From Octopus vulgaris (Eukaryota), in NCBI GenBank assembly GCA_951406725.2, contig OX597834.1, positions 35,774,001 through 35,838,000 on the forward strand: a DNA stretch of 64,000 bases, read 5' to 3'. Position 1 is the stretch's first letter. Every line of letters begins with the position of its first letter. Below are positions 1-13,295 of this stretch, piece after piece. Made by a program: the position numbers and the translations under genes. The notes beneath the pieces were generated by a model. The model had not been told where the DNA came from, ran no database searches, and saw only the letters and a program-made list of their open reading frames with translations.

Positions 1-167
1 CCCGATTATGTATATCTGCGCTCTTCAGAGATGACAGTTATTCTGACTTACGGATTCTCAGACACCTACGTATGTATATGTTTGAAGAACCCATATGTCA
101 GTATATATATATATATATATATGTTAAAAAATGAAAAGAGCTCTTCTGATTTTCATAAATAAGTAAA

Positions 168-388
168 TTGGTTTCAAATTTTGTCACAAGGCCAGCAATT
201 TCCAAGGGGGGTGGTAAGTCGATTACATTGATCTCCCAGTGCTCAACTGGTACTCATTTTATCTAACTATAAAGGATGAAAGGCAAAGTCGACCTTGGCG
301 GAATTTTGAACCCAGAAGGTGAAGACGGATGAAATGTCGCTACGTATTTCGCCCGGCGTGCTAACGATTCTGTCACCTTGCCGCCTTT
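168..388 (-). mobile_element. SINE family A (older copy)
   Basis: AGGATGAAAGGCAAAGTCGACCTTGGCGGAATTT core. Confidence 0.85.
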
Positions 389-1653
389 CATAAATAAATA
401 ATCTAAAAATTAAAACTGAATAGTACCCTGATGAGATTAGTTACATTGAAATACGTATATGAAATTGGAATAGTATTATTATTTAAACGAAATATGTAAA
501 TATGAAATAAATTCTCTCTCTTGCGGAAGAAAAATTGAGGAGTGAATCAAAAGACTTATTCACAAGGCTTTGGCAGAAAACAGTTGCCCAAGGTGCCACG
601 TCGTTACTTCTTACTCACCAATATATTGTCGCAACGCGAACTTCTTAACCAGACTCTTCGCGCCTATTTATCGATAATTCTATGTCAGCCACCTTTCCTT
701 TCACGTACCGTTCCACAATAAATTTTGAAACACTTTTGAAAACAGTTGGACCACGAAAAACCGTAAAAAATAGCGAAATTGTGAAATAGTTGTTGTTGTT
801 GTTTTTGTTTTTGTTTTTGTTTAGTCTCATGTCAATCTTGTTCCGGTAGTGTTGGCCTTTAATGAAAAGCGTCTCAAATATGACCCATCAACTTTGTTTC
901 ATTTTCCAGACATTATATATTTGGGATTACAATATCCAATGTCTTGTTTCTCTTATAATATCAGAACGGTGTGTTTCGATTGAGATTTAGCTGCAGTTTC
1001 TAGCATCCGAGCAGTGGCACACATATTTTCTTTGTCGACTTCTCACTTGATGTGACAAAAGTTTTTGTTGAAAAATAAGCGGAACAATCAAAATATGCAA
1101 GTTTCAAATGTGAGCTTCACTTATTTTTTATCTACATTCCAAAGCTGGAGTTTTGTGTCTTTGTTAGAAACCAGTTTCTTCCTTACAAGAAGAATTACGG
1201 TAATCAAAAATAGATAACATACTTGCATACAAACATGCATGCATACATTCTTACATGCATAGATACATGCATACATATTTACATGCATACTTACATACAT
1301 ACATGTATATGTACATAATACATAAAACCATTCGTACATACATACGTACGCACGTACATATATATATATACATACATGCAAAGAAGCATGTATGCATGTG
1401 TATACAATCTGGAAAAGTTGAGGTCTCCAGGAAAGGAAATCAACAAAATTAATACGCACATTACGAATACAATTTGTAAGGGGAACGGTAAAAATATGCA
1501 AGACTTTTCAAAAGTTTCAAATGTGAATTTGTTTTTGTCATCTACATCTTGTAGAGAATAAAAACACAAACTATAGTCTATGGGTTTTGTATTTTTGTTA
1601 GAAAAGCAGTTTGATCCTAACAGAAAGACTTCAGATAATTAAAAATAGATGTG

Positions 1654-1654
<1 letters not shown>

Positions 1655-1732
<78 letters not shown>

Positions 1733-2270
1733 GCATACTTTGCAGTCATACGTACATGCAAATATACAAACATATATACATAAGTACATACATACAAACA
1801 TACATGAATACATACCTGCATACAAACATATTTACATACATATACATATATACAAATATACATAAAACGTACACATATTCTAACGTACATACATACAAAC
1901 AAATATACATACATACACACACATACATACATGCACACACATACTTACACACACATAGATACACACATGCATACTTACAAACATACATACATACATACAT
2001 ACATACACACACATGCATACATACACACATACATACATACATACATACATACATACATACATACATACATACATACATACATACATACACATACACATAC
2101 GTACATTCATTCATACATAAATACATACATACACACACATACAAACACACACATACATACACACATACATACACACATACACACATACATACATATATAC
2201 ATACATACATACACACACACACATACATACATACATACATACATACATACATACATACATACACATGCAT
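1655..2270. repeat. (CA)n/(TACA)n microsatellite
   Basis: Directly visible. Confidence 0.95.
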
Positions 2271-2535
2271 ATATTGGTATGTATTAAGACATTACTGTTT
2301 TCCTTTGGCTTTGATGTCCCACCACTTGCCATGTTCTTTCGAGATAACTTTCGCATGTCGTCAGCAAAGACCATGGACCATGTGAGCTGTGTTTAACTCT
2401 GATGAATATGTGTTGTGACTATATGCAACAGTGTCAAGCGCTGATTGGGTCGAGTATTCATTGTATCGGTTGAGTAATATATTTGACTGACATTATTATT
2501 ATTATTATTATCCCCCTTGTGGCAAATAAATGAAA

Positions 2536-2585
<50 letters not shown>

Positions 2586-2682
2586 TCCAATTTTCAATAA
2601 CATGCAAATTTTTCATTTCGCAGTCAATCTCTCTCTCTCTCTCTCTCATTCTCTTTCTCTTACTTTCTCTTATTTATGTCTC

Positions 2683-2862
<180 letters not shown>

Positions 2863-2925
2863 AAGGAGGGTTTCTGATTTTCATTATAAAAATGTCTTGG
2901 CTGATCGATTGCTTGTTGAAGCCTT

Positions 2926-2979
<54 letters not shown>

Positions 2980-3075
2980 TACACACACACGCGCACAACA
3001 CACACACGCACACAGATATGTATATATGTATGTGTGTGCTTGTGCGTGTGTATGTTTGTGTTTAAGCATAGATAT

Positions 3076-3494
3076 TCGGGTCCGGGTTCAGTTCCACTGC
3101 GTGGCACCTTGGGCAAGTGTCTTCTATAGCTTCGAGCCGACCAAAGCCTTGTAAGTAGATTTGGTAGACGGAAACTGATAGAATCCTGTCATATATATAT
3201 ACACATACATGCATACATATACATATATATATATATATACATATATATACATATGTATATATATATATATTTACGTGTGTGTGTCTTTGTGTGTCTTTGT
3301 TCCCACCACCATCGCTTGACAACCAATGTTGGTGTATTTACGTCCTCCGTAACTTAACGGTGCGACAAAAGAGTCCGATAGAATAAGTACTAGGTTCACA
3401 AAGAATAAGTCCCAGGGTTGACGTCTTCGGTTAAAGGCGGTGCTCCAGCATGGCCGCACTCAAAGGACTGTAACAAGTACAATAGTAAAAGAAT
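3076..3494 (+). mobile_element. SINE family B, 5' truncated
   Basis: GGCACCTTGGGCAAGTGTCTTC core, internal microsatellite, conserved tail. Confidence 0.85.
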
Positions 3495-4124
3495 ACATCA
3501 CTGTTAAACTATTTGTCAAATGTTCCGACCAAATGTGATTATAATAAGCGACTTCCACCAGTGAGGAATGTGGGGCAGATCCTTTTAGATTAGATAACAA
3601 GATACTTTTAATATTCTGAGTGTGTTTGGGATTCTCTAGTCTTGATAACAATACGCGTTTGCTTATGTTATCCATGATTGTAATAAGCGGCTTTGACTGT
3701 ATATTTATTTATGTATACACACCCCACCGTATCTAAACAAACAACGTATATAATTTTAAACAAAAAAAACCTTTCAACCAACGCCCCCTATAAAGCACAA
3801 ACAACATTTTAGGGGAAGCTTTCTTGTAGGACATTCAGGGGTGTCAAGGTTTATAAGTAAGACTGAATGGAGCATTGACTAGATTGGGGTACAAGAAGAA
3901 ACCAACCTATCACGTTACGCCATATGTTACAGAAAATTACTTGATCCACCCGTTCACCCATCCACCTGTCCACCCTATCTATATGTCTGTTGATGGTGGT
4001 TGACTGACTGACTGACTCTTTACCGAAGCAGCGTGCAGCTGTTGTTATTGCGGTTGCTCTTTTTGTTGTTTCTGTTGCTGCTGGAGGCCTTGAAGAAACC
4101 CAAGCTCTTCGTACAAAGAGCACC

Positions 4125-4975
4125 TAAGACTACATTATCAAATGTGCTCTCCCCCGTTGTCGTTTAAACCCCGGTCAGTTCAGAACATAGCAGACCTATG
4201 ATCAAAGGCATTCCAGCCGTGACCATGCCGTTATTTATTCAGGTATAGTAAGACTGCATTATCCAATGTGCTCTCCCCCGTTGTCGTTTAAACCCCGGTC
4301 AGTTCAGAACATAGCAGACCTATGATCAAAGGCATTCCAGCCGTGACCATGCCGTTATTTATTCAGGTATAGTAAGACTGCATTATCCAATGTGCTCTCC
4401 TCCGTTGTTTAAACCCCGGTCAGTTCAGAACATAACAGACCTATGATCAAAGGCGTTCCAGCCGTGACCATGCCGTTATTATTCAGGTATAGTACACATG
4501 TTACTATATGATCCGATGTGTTCTTCCTAGTTTTTTGTTTAGATCCAGGTCAGTCCAAACCACAACAGATGTCTGATCACAGACGTCCCAGCCGTGACCA
4601 TGCCATCGTTTCTTTAGACATAATGCACCTGGGACTACATTATCCAATGTGTTCTTCCTAATTTTTGTTTAAATCCAGGTCAGTCCAAACAATAACAGAC
4701 ATCTAATCACAGGCGTTTCAGCCGTGACCATGCCATCATTTCTTTAGACACCTTGGACTACATTATATAATGTTTTCTTCCTTGCTGTTGAAACTCAATT
4801 GAGCCCACATCATAGCAGTTCTACAATCAAAAGCGTTCCATTCATGGCTAACCTGCCTTATATTTGTTTAGGACTACGTCGTTGAATGAGTCCTTTCTCA
4901 GGTTGTAGAGTGTGAGGTGAGGGAGATTTAGCGGCTATTTCCAGTAGAACTAGTGACCAGGTAGAAGTTGCTGCA
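4125..4975 (+). repeat. Tandem array of a ~124-bp unit derived from a dispersed repeat
   Basis: Units start at 4125, 4249 and 4373 (near-identical), then diverged units at ~4500, 4630, 4755 and 4870. Dispersed relatives at ~820-1020, ~26900-27000, ~38200-38410 and ~51720-51860 (-). Confidence 0.9.
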
Positions 4976-6213
4976 GTGGCTTCCTGTAGACTAAATGTGA
5001 TGAATTTGTTCTTTATTTGCATTTTGAGTGTGGCTAATTAGGTAAAAAGTAGGGAGACAAACAGACAGATTAACGGTACGGATTAATTATTTATCGCTAG
5101 ACAAATAGGGTTTAAGGATGGCGCCTTGTTGCAAGGAAAAAAAAAAGGGAGGGAGAGAGGAAAAGAGGGAGGGAGAGTGAGAGGGTGAGAGAGAGAAAGT
5201 ACGAAGGAGAAACAGGCAGAGAGGGAAGAGAAAGAAAGAGAGAGAGAAAGAGCGGTACAGTGAGAGAGAGGGTGTGAGATATATAGAGAGAAATTTACGA
5301 AGAAAGAGAGAGAAAAACAAGAAGCTAGAGAGAGAGAGATCCGCAAAGCGAGGGAGAAGGATGAGAGAACCAGACAGAGACAGAAAAGAAAGAAATACAG
5401 AGAAAGAGAAAGAGTGCTAGAGAAAGAGTGCTAGAGAGAGAGAGAGAGAGAGAGAGTGGTGCAGAGAGAAGAGAGAGAGAGAAAGAAAGAAGGGTGAGAA
5501 AGCTAGAAGAACAGAGAGAGATCAAGGGAGAAAAGGGGAGAGAAGAAGGGGAAGACAGAGAGGAAGAAACAGGGAGAGAGAATAGAAAGGTGAGTAGACG
5601 AGAAGAGGAGGAAAGGGATGAATGAGACAGAGCGCGAGGGAGAGAGAGGGAGAGTAAGAGAAAAGACGAGAAAGAAAGGAAAGGACGAGGTAGAGAGGAG
5701 GGAAAGATCGAGGAAAGAAAGAGAGAAAGATCGTCTCCGAAAGATAGTAAGACAGAGAGAGAAAGAGAGAGAGGGGTGTAGGAGGAGGCGTCTTTCAGTG
5801 GGAGTTATCAATACTGGAGACTCCCTGTACTACCATTGCGGACCACCACATGTCGGCGGACCCCAAGTTGGGAACCTTGTATGTATATAAATATTACTAT
5901 AAAACCAGCGTTTTAAACTTACTTGGAAAAGGATGCGTGGCGTTCGATCATATAATAATGTAAATAATATATAAATATATGCATATATATATATATATAT
6001 ACATATATGTACATATCTACATGTATATATATATATATTCACATTTAGGTACAGGACATCAAAAAGCGTAGATAGATTAAGAAAACGAAAACATAAAAAC
6101 AAAAACATAGAAAACGAACTTCTTTCCGGACAACGAAAAAAACAGAGACACGAGTCATGCAACATGAAGAACATTCCCCTTCATCAGTTGTCCCTGTTTC
6201 ATCTACTCCGCAT

Positions 6214-6245
<32 letters not shown>

Positions 6246-6629
6246 ATACAGGGATGTCAGGCAGTACGAGTTTAATTCGTTCCATGACTGAGCTCATCTT
6301 ATGAGTTACTCGTTTTACAAATCAATTTTCCCCAATTGAAATTAACTAAAATATAATTAATCCGTTCCAGCCTCCCAAAAAACACTAAAAAATAAGTTTT
6401 TGTGGGTTTTAAAACAGAATAGGTGTAGTTTCAAGTAAAATGATAATTATAAAAAAGAGAATGCAAAAGAAATATGTAAACTGGTTTTATTAACAGAATT
6501 ACCTTAAAGATGGGGCGATTTGTGTGCTCGTACTGTGGATTTCCGCTCGTACAGCAAATCACTCGTGCAATAGACACTCGTACTGCCAGGTTCTACTGTG
6601 TGAGTGTGTATGTATATATATATATATAG

Positions 6630-6826
6630 TAAATCCCAAAAGAAGAGCAACCACACAAACAAGCAGCGCGAGGACGTGGTACATGTAAAATATTAGCAGA
6701 GGCTCAGAGAAGGAAAGAAAGATGGTTTTACGTTTCGAGGAAAGCTCTTCTTCAGAAACAGGAGACAGAGGAAAGTCCAATAGAAAAGGAAAACGGAGGG
6801 AAAAACATCACCAACGATTCACAATT
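6630..6826 (-). mobile_element. Solo pLTR-like insertion in (TA)n
   Basis: About 200 bp of non-simple sequence bounded by (TA)n on both sides, with a central hammerhead motif. Confidence 0.6.
6725..6759 (-). ncRNA. Minimal type-I hammerhead-ribozyme-like motif
   Basis: Reverse complement GTTT-CTGAAGA-a-GAG(ctttc)CTC-GAAA-CG-TA-AAAC. Intact core, stem I GTTT/AAAC, palindromic ACGT at stem III, GUA cleavage triplet. Confidence 0.7.
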
Positions 6827-6858
6827 ATATATATATATATATTATAATAATGATGATG

Positions 6859-6924
<66 letters not shown>

Positions 6925-7056
6925 TTAGGGAATATAATTCCAAACTTACAGGGAAAAATTCAATTTAGTAGTACTAAATCAAATTTCACAATATAATATA
7001 TATATATAAATTAGAGAAAAACTACTATTTATATATGGTGGGATTTACGTCATCAT

Positions 7057-7169
7057 TGTTTGAATTGCTTAATAGTGTTTTTTTTCTCTAATTTATATAT
7101 ATGTATATATATATATATATATACATATATATAAATTAGAGAAAAAAACACTATTAAGCAATTCAAACA
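7057..7169. repeat. Near-perfect 113-bp palindrome centred on a (TA)n tract
   Basis: TGTTTGAATTGCTTAATAGTG(T)8CTCTAATTT...AAATTAGAG(A)7CACTATTAAGCAATTCAAACA. Confidence 0.92.
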
Positions 7170-7213
7170 TATATATATATGCATATATATATATATATAT
7201 ATGCATATATATA

Positions 7214-7292
<79 letters not shown>

Positions 7293-7533
7293 TATATATA
7301 TATATATACATATACATGAATGTATGTATGTATACGTGCGTATAAGGGCGAAATGCATATGTTGGTCTCGCTGGCCACTGCTGAGACGAATTTTCGCCTT
7401 TTTCTCCGATATTCGTTGTTTTTAACACATGATCCATAAAAGACACTTTATAAGGACAAAATCAGCCGTAATAGGCCTATAGATTGTGTGTGTACGCTCT
7501 AAGCATAATGCATAGCACAGACAACTATGTATA

Positions 7534-7585
<52 letters not shown>

Positions 7586-7789
7586 CATACATATATGTAT
7601 ATAAATATATATATGTATGAATCTATGTATGTCTGTATGTGTGTGTTTGTGTGTGTACCGGGAAGTTTGTATATGTAAAAGCAAAAGAATAAGAGAGAAA
7701 GGTGGGAGGGGCGGTGAAAGTGACCGACGTGTGATGTGACACATTTCTCTTTATTTAGAACGTTAACCATTAAAATAAGGCTGAGGACT

Positions 7790-8056
7790 TTGGTGGTGGT
7801 GGTGGTGGTGGTGGTGGTGGTCGTGGTGGTAGTGGTGGTGGTTATCTTGTTTTGTTTTTGGTTATTTCTGAGATAAAAAAACAAACAAACAAACAAACAC
7901 AAAAAAAGCGAGCGCTGGGTTGTGATTTGTGTAAATATTTGAACGGTTCGAGATATATGGAGTTCGGTGTGATATATGGCTTTGGACAACTGATACTTGC
8001 CGGTCATCGCCACCACCATCACCATCTTCACGATGACGACGACGACGACCACCACC

Positions 8057-8099
<43 letters not shown>

Positions 8100-8550
8100 T
8101 CATCATCATCGTCGTCGTCGTCATCATCATCAATCATTATTTTCGTTGTTGTCGGTATCGTGTTCCCTCTCCTTATCATCACCACCACCACCACCACCGT
8201 CGTCGTCATCATCATCATCATCACCACCGCCATCGTCGTCGTCATCATCATCATCGTCATTATCATCCTCATCATCATCATCATCATCACCACAATCACC
8301 ATCGTCGTCGTCGTCATCATCATCCTCATCATCATCACCACCACCACCATCGTCGTCGTCGTCATCATCATCATCGTCATCATCATCATCTTCATCATCA
8401 TGATCATCACCACGACCACCACCACCATCGTCATCATCATCATCATCAATCATCGATGTCGTCGGTCATCCTTCTCCTCCCCTCCTCCTCCTCCTGATCC
8501 TCATCATCCTCATCATCCTAATCGTCGTCCTCTCCATATTGATCATCATC
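7790..8550. repeat. Compound (GGT)/(CGT)/(CAT)/(CAC) trinucleotide tract
   Basis: Directly visible. Confidence 0.92.
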
Positions 8551-8849
8551 TGTGAAAATCAATCTCCTAATGTTTTTTTTTTCTTGCATAAGCGAATGGA
8601 ATTTGATTCGAGTGATACTCAGCTGCTGTTTCTAGTAAACTGAACGCCCACCCACAAAGAGCCACTCTGTCTAATTCCACATCTTACCAACACAAAAGCA
8701 ATACAGAAGCAATATTTTCGGAACCAGCCGGAAGCCAGCGTCCTCACAACTGCCATGCTACTCAGCCAATGGCGGTGAACAGAAACGACTTCCTCAAGAA
8801 TTGAACTGATGAACGCTCTTTGTAGAATTGCCAAAAATTAGGACTCCGA

Positions 8850-9815
8850 CGAGATTTTGCAAAAGTCATTTCACGAGAGGATTCTAGAAATAGCTAAAGA
8901 TGACTTGTTAAAGAAAAGGGATTGAAAAGACTTTGGAACATAATTTAAGGGAATTTGTGAAAGAAGGGGAGGGTTTGCTCTTAGAGAGACTTTGGTAAAA
9001 TAGACTAAAAGAACTTTGAAAAAGAATGGTGGTCGATTTGGGGATAAAGTTTAGGTGGAATTGCGAAAGAAAAGGGACGTTTGCTGCCTGGGATATTTAG
9101 TAAGATATTTTAGGACACGTGTAAAAAATGAGAGGAGCCTTGTGAAAAAAAAAGTGGGACAATCAATCCTTGATAGTTCTTTGGGATACAGTTTAAGGGA
9201 ACTTGTGAAAGAAAAGGGGCATTCGCCCTCAGAAGGTTTTGGAAAATAGTTTTAAAATGTTTTCAAAAAAAAAAAAAAAGAGCTACAAAAAGTGATGAGG
9301 GAATTGATTTTTAAAATGATTTTGGAATATAGATTAAGGGGAGTTGTGGAAGGAAAGAGAACTTTTGCACTCTGGGAGACTTTGATGAAATTGTTTAGGG
9401 CACATTCAAAAATTGTTGGGGTTGTTTGTCTTTGAAAAGAGATTGAAAAATATTCTAAAAAGACTCGTTAAAGAACTAGGAATGATCGATCTTTGAAGGA
9501 ATTTTGGAATATGATTTAAGGATACTTGTGAAAGAGAAGAGACTCGCTCTCTGCGAGATTTTAGTGATATTTGGGTCTCTTGGGAAGAAAAGAAAGGTGG
9601 CCTTTAATCAGTGAAAGGACTTTCAAAATATAGTTTTAAAGGGCTTGAAAAGACTTTGGAATAAGGTTTAAAGGGACTTGTGAAAGAAAAAGAGTAGTTT
9701 GCTCTCATAAAAATTTGTTAAATAGTATAAAAGGACATGCATAAATGGAGGAAACTGACCCTTGAAAGTACTTTGGAATATAGATTGAAGGGGACAAGAG
9801 AAAAAGAAGGTTTTG
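8850..9815 (+). repeat. Old degenerate ~59-bp minisatellite
   Basis: Recurring (C/T)TTTGGAATATAG.TTAAGGG.ACTTGTGAAAGAA at ~8931, 8990, 9179, 9237, 9320, 9380, 9441, 9502, 9654, 9713 and 9771. Confidence 0.75.
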
Positions 9816-9896
9816 GATCTGCTTAGGGGTTTAGCAGTTGGAAAAATATGATGGCAATTAGATGAATGAACAGAGAGAAACAGGAAGAGGGATGCT

Positions 9897-9977
9897 AGAT
9901 AGATAGAGAGATAGAAGGATGGATGGATAGATAGATGGATGGATGGATAGATAGATAAATAGATGGATAGATGGAAG

Positions 9978-10020
<43 letters not shown>

Positions 10021-10102
10021 GGATGGATCGATCGATCGATAGATAGAGAGATTGGCAGATAGATAGATAGATAGATAGTTTGTTAGATAGATAGAGATAG
10101 GC

Positions 10103-10162
<60 letters not shown>

Positions 10163-10204
10163 GGAGAGATAGGTAGATGGATGGATGGATAGATAGATAG
10201 ATAA
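9897..10204. repeat. (GATA)n/(GGAT)n microsatellite
   Basis: Directly visible. Confidence 0.95.
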
Positions 10205-10331
10205 AGAATGAGTGACAAAGTGCGTGGGCGGAGCTGAGAGGGAATGTAGGTTAAAGTATTTGTCAATATCCTGTAAAGGCTAACATTTGTCTCATTACAT
10301 TGAGACCAAGCTAACTCCCGATGATTTAGGT

Positions 10332-10345
10332 GTTACCATAGAAAC
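10332..10345. promoter_or_regulatory. RFX X-box-like motif
   Basis: GTTACCATAGAAAC fits GTTNCCATRGNAAC and lies in unique sequence. Confidence 0.3.
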
Positions 10346-10749
10346 ACATTTCGAATGTTTACCGTGTCAATAGAATTTAATTGCTTACGTAGTAATCACC
10401 ATTCTCGGTTGAATAGCACAGAGATGACGACCGGACCGTCAGTTCCCTGACTTTCCTGATCCGGTTTCGATTCCATATTGAAATTATTTCGCCAAAACAC
10501 ACGTATTAGCATCAAGAGAAGGATTGCTACACATGCTAAACACAGCAGTCAATTCATATCTAATCTCATCTTACTACTTTAAAAAGAAGGAAGGACTTGT
10601 AGTCTATTGCCTAAAAACGCTTAGGGAGATGGTCATGTCGTTGGTTAGAGGTTTATTGGAAAAAGGGCTGACCGGGGGCTAATACAATAGCATCAATGAC
10701 ATCATCACTTGGTGACGCCCACATTCGCATACACACACACACACACACA

Positions 10750-10804
<55 letters not shown>

Positions 10805-11069
10805 ACGCATGCAAACACACGCGCATGCAAACACAAACACGCTTGCAAGCACAAACACACTCACACATACACGCACACACGCAAGCACGCATGCAAGCAC
10901 AAACACACGCTCACACACATGCGCATGCAAGCACACATCCATACACGCACACGCATGTACACACACACACACACGTATGCATACACAAACGTCTACCTAA
11001 TGAGCTCCAGCGAAAAATACTAGCACCACACATCCTAGTTTCTCATGCACGCGGAAAAAGACTCCCAAA

Positions 11070-11525
11070 TATTCTTTTCTACTCTAGGCACAAGGCCTGA
11101 AATTTTGTGGGAGGTGGGGCCAGTCGATCACACCAACCCCAGTGTTTCACTGTTACTTAATTTATCAACTCCAAAAGGATGAAAGGCAAAGTGAACTGCG
11201 GCGGAATTTGAACTCAGAACGTAAAGACTGACGAAATCCTGCTAAGCATTTCGCCCGGCGTGCTAACGTTTCTGCCAGCTCGCCGCTTTAAGACCCCCAA
11301 ATATTGGTCTCAAGTTCTGGTAGAAGGCCAGCAACTCATGGGGGTGGGGGAGGACATGTCGGTTACATCGACCCCAGTGCGTAATTGGTACTTATTTTAT
11401 TGACCCTGACAGGATGAAAGGCAAAGTCGATCTCGGCGGACTTGGTCGACCAAGAGCTATACTAGAAAACACTTCCCCCAAGGTGTTTCGCGATGGGACT
11501 GAACCTTAAACCGCTTGGTTATTAA
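11070..11525 (-). mobile_element. Cluster: two SINE A copies fused to a SINE B head fragment
   Basis: Family A cores at ~11175 and ~11410. SINE B sequence from ~11440. Confidence 0.8.
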
Positions 11526-11604
11526 CAACATACACCTTCTTTCCCCCACTTAATGAACTTGCCTCTCACTGTTATAATTTTAATGAATTAATATAGATAT
11601 ATAT

Positions 11605-11976
11605 GGTTACGACGATGAGGGTTCCGGTTGATCCGAATCAACGGAACAGCCTGCTCGCGAAATTAACGTGTAAGTGGCTGAGTACTCCACAGACACGTGT
11701 ACCCTTAACGTAGTTCTCGGGGATATTCAGCGTGACACAGAGAGTGACAAGGCCGGCCCTTTGAAATACAGGTACAACAGAAACAGGAAGTAAGAGTGAG
11801 AGAAAGTTGTGGTGAAAGAGTACAGCAGGGATCACCACCATCCCCTGCCGGAGCCTCGTGGAGCTTTTAGGTGTTTTCGCTCAATAAACACTCACAACGC
11901 CCGGTCTGGGAATCGAAACTGCGATCCTATGACCGCGAGTCCGCTGCCCTAACCACTGGGTCATTGCGCCCCCACC
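11605..11976 (-). mobile_element. tRNA-headed SINE family C, full length, with 12-bp TSD-like flank
   Basis: Minus head GGCGCAATGACCCAGTGGTTAGGGCAGCGGACTCGCGGTC...TTCGATTCCC. ATAGATATATAT flanks both sides. Confidence 0.85.
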
Positions 11977-12090
11977 ATAGATATATATATACCGGAGTAA
12001 ACACATAAATGTGAAACAAGGTGGAAAAAAGAGTACTCAAATACCAGTGGTAGAGTAATATGCTTTATTTAAAGCAGCAGAAAATTCAAC

Positions 12091-12138
12091 AAAACCTGTT
12101 ACTCTGAGTTTCCCGTTGCCGTTCATCGGACAGTTTTT
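12091..12138 (-). ncRNA. Hammerhead-ribozyme-like motif with variant core
   Basis: Reverse complement AAAAaCTGT-CCGATGA-acggcaacgg-GAAA-CTCaGAG-TA-ACAGgTTTT. Stems I and III pair, core has U4>C, stem II is weak. Confidence 0.55.
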
Positions 12139-12295
12139 GCTAGATATATATATATGCATATATGCATATATATGGTGGTGGTGGGGGTGGGGGTGCGCGT
12201 ATTTAATACAGAATTATCCAAAATTCTGACTGCTTCCTTTTTCTTAATATACAATATCTGTACATCATTTCAAATACTCTATACATACATACATG

Positions 12296-12372
<77 letters not shown>

Positions 12373-12885
12373 GTGTGTGCATACACACACACACACACTC
12401 ACACACACACATATATATATATACACACACACATGTTTCCATATATTTGTGGACGAACAAATACATACATAGACAATCGAAGAAAAGGAAAAGGAAAGAA
12501 GGGAAAAAGAGAGTGGGGGCGGCAAGGGAGCCTAAATTGTCACATAAAGAAGCAATCAATTTTTAGAACTAGATAATGAGGGCTAATATATTATATAATT
12601 AAAAGATGTTTGTCTAATTACAAGGCTAGCCCATCCGATGTAATTTCAATGGAAGTTTTATTAATCCATGTTATTAATGTTGGATAAATAATCTTCTGTA
12701 TGTAGCGCCATTGGTGAGTAAGAAGAGGTAATCTCCTACAAATGGCCCCTTGTGGTATTTGGTATAATTTAGAAATTGTTTTAGCGAACACACGCACATA
12801 TTTGGTATATGAATGCACGCATGCATATATATATAAACAATTGCAGCGTGGAAGGTGTTTGTAAGCCATTTAAGAAACACACAAT

Positions 12886-13252
12886 AGTCCCACTGCGTGG
12901 CAGTGGGGCAAGTGTCTTCTATTATAGCCTTGGGCCGACCAAAGCCTTGTGAGTGGATTTGGTAGACGGAAACTGAAAGAAGCCCGTTGTATATACATAT
13001 ATAGATGTATATGTGTGTGTGTGTGTGTGTGTATGCGTGTGTGTGTGTATGTTTGTGTCTGTGTTTGTTCCCCCAACATCGCTTGACAACCGATGCTAGT
13101 GTGTTTACGTCCCGTAACTAAACGGTTCGGCAAAAGTGACCGATAGAATAAGTACTAGGCTCACAAAGAATAAGTCCTAGGGTCAATTTGTTCGACTGAA
13201 GGCGGTGCTCCAGCATGCTCGCAGTCAAATGAGTGAAACAAGTAAAAGAATA
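12886..13252 (+). mobile_element. SINE family B
   Basis: Collinear with 3076-3494. Confidence 0.85.
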
Positions 13253-13295
13253 AAAAAATATATGTATATATAAGTATTGAGAAAAAAAATCGTCA

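Noticed and set aside
421-460. Hammerhead candidate CTGATGAG...GAAATACGTATA
   Set aside because: Core words are present, but stem II is weak and stem I has no partner.
6040-6220. Repeat family with CTGATGAAGGG (also ~20345-20530 and ~21720-21810)
   Set aside because: Clearly a dispersed repeat, but I could not fold a hammerhead because there is no downstream GAAA or stems.
8634-8804. GC-richer open frame as a possible terminal exon
   Set aside because: No recognisable protein similarity, and it begins within a dispersed-repeat end motif.
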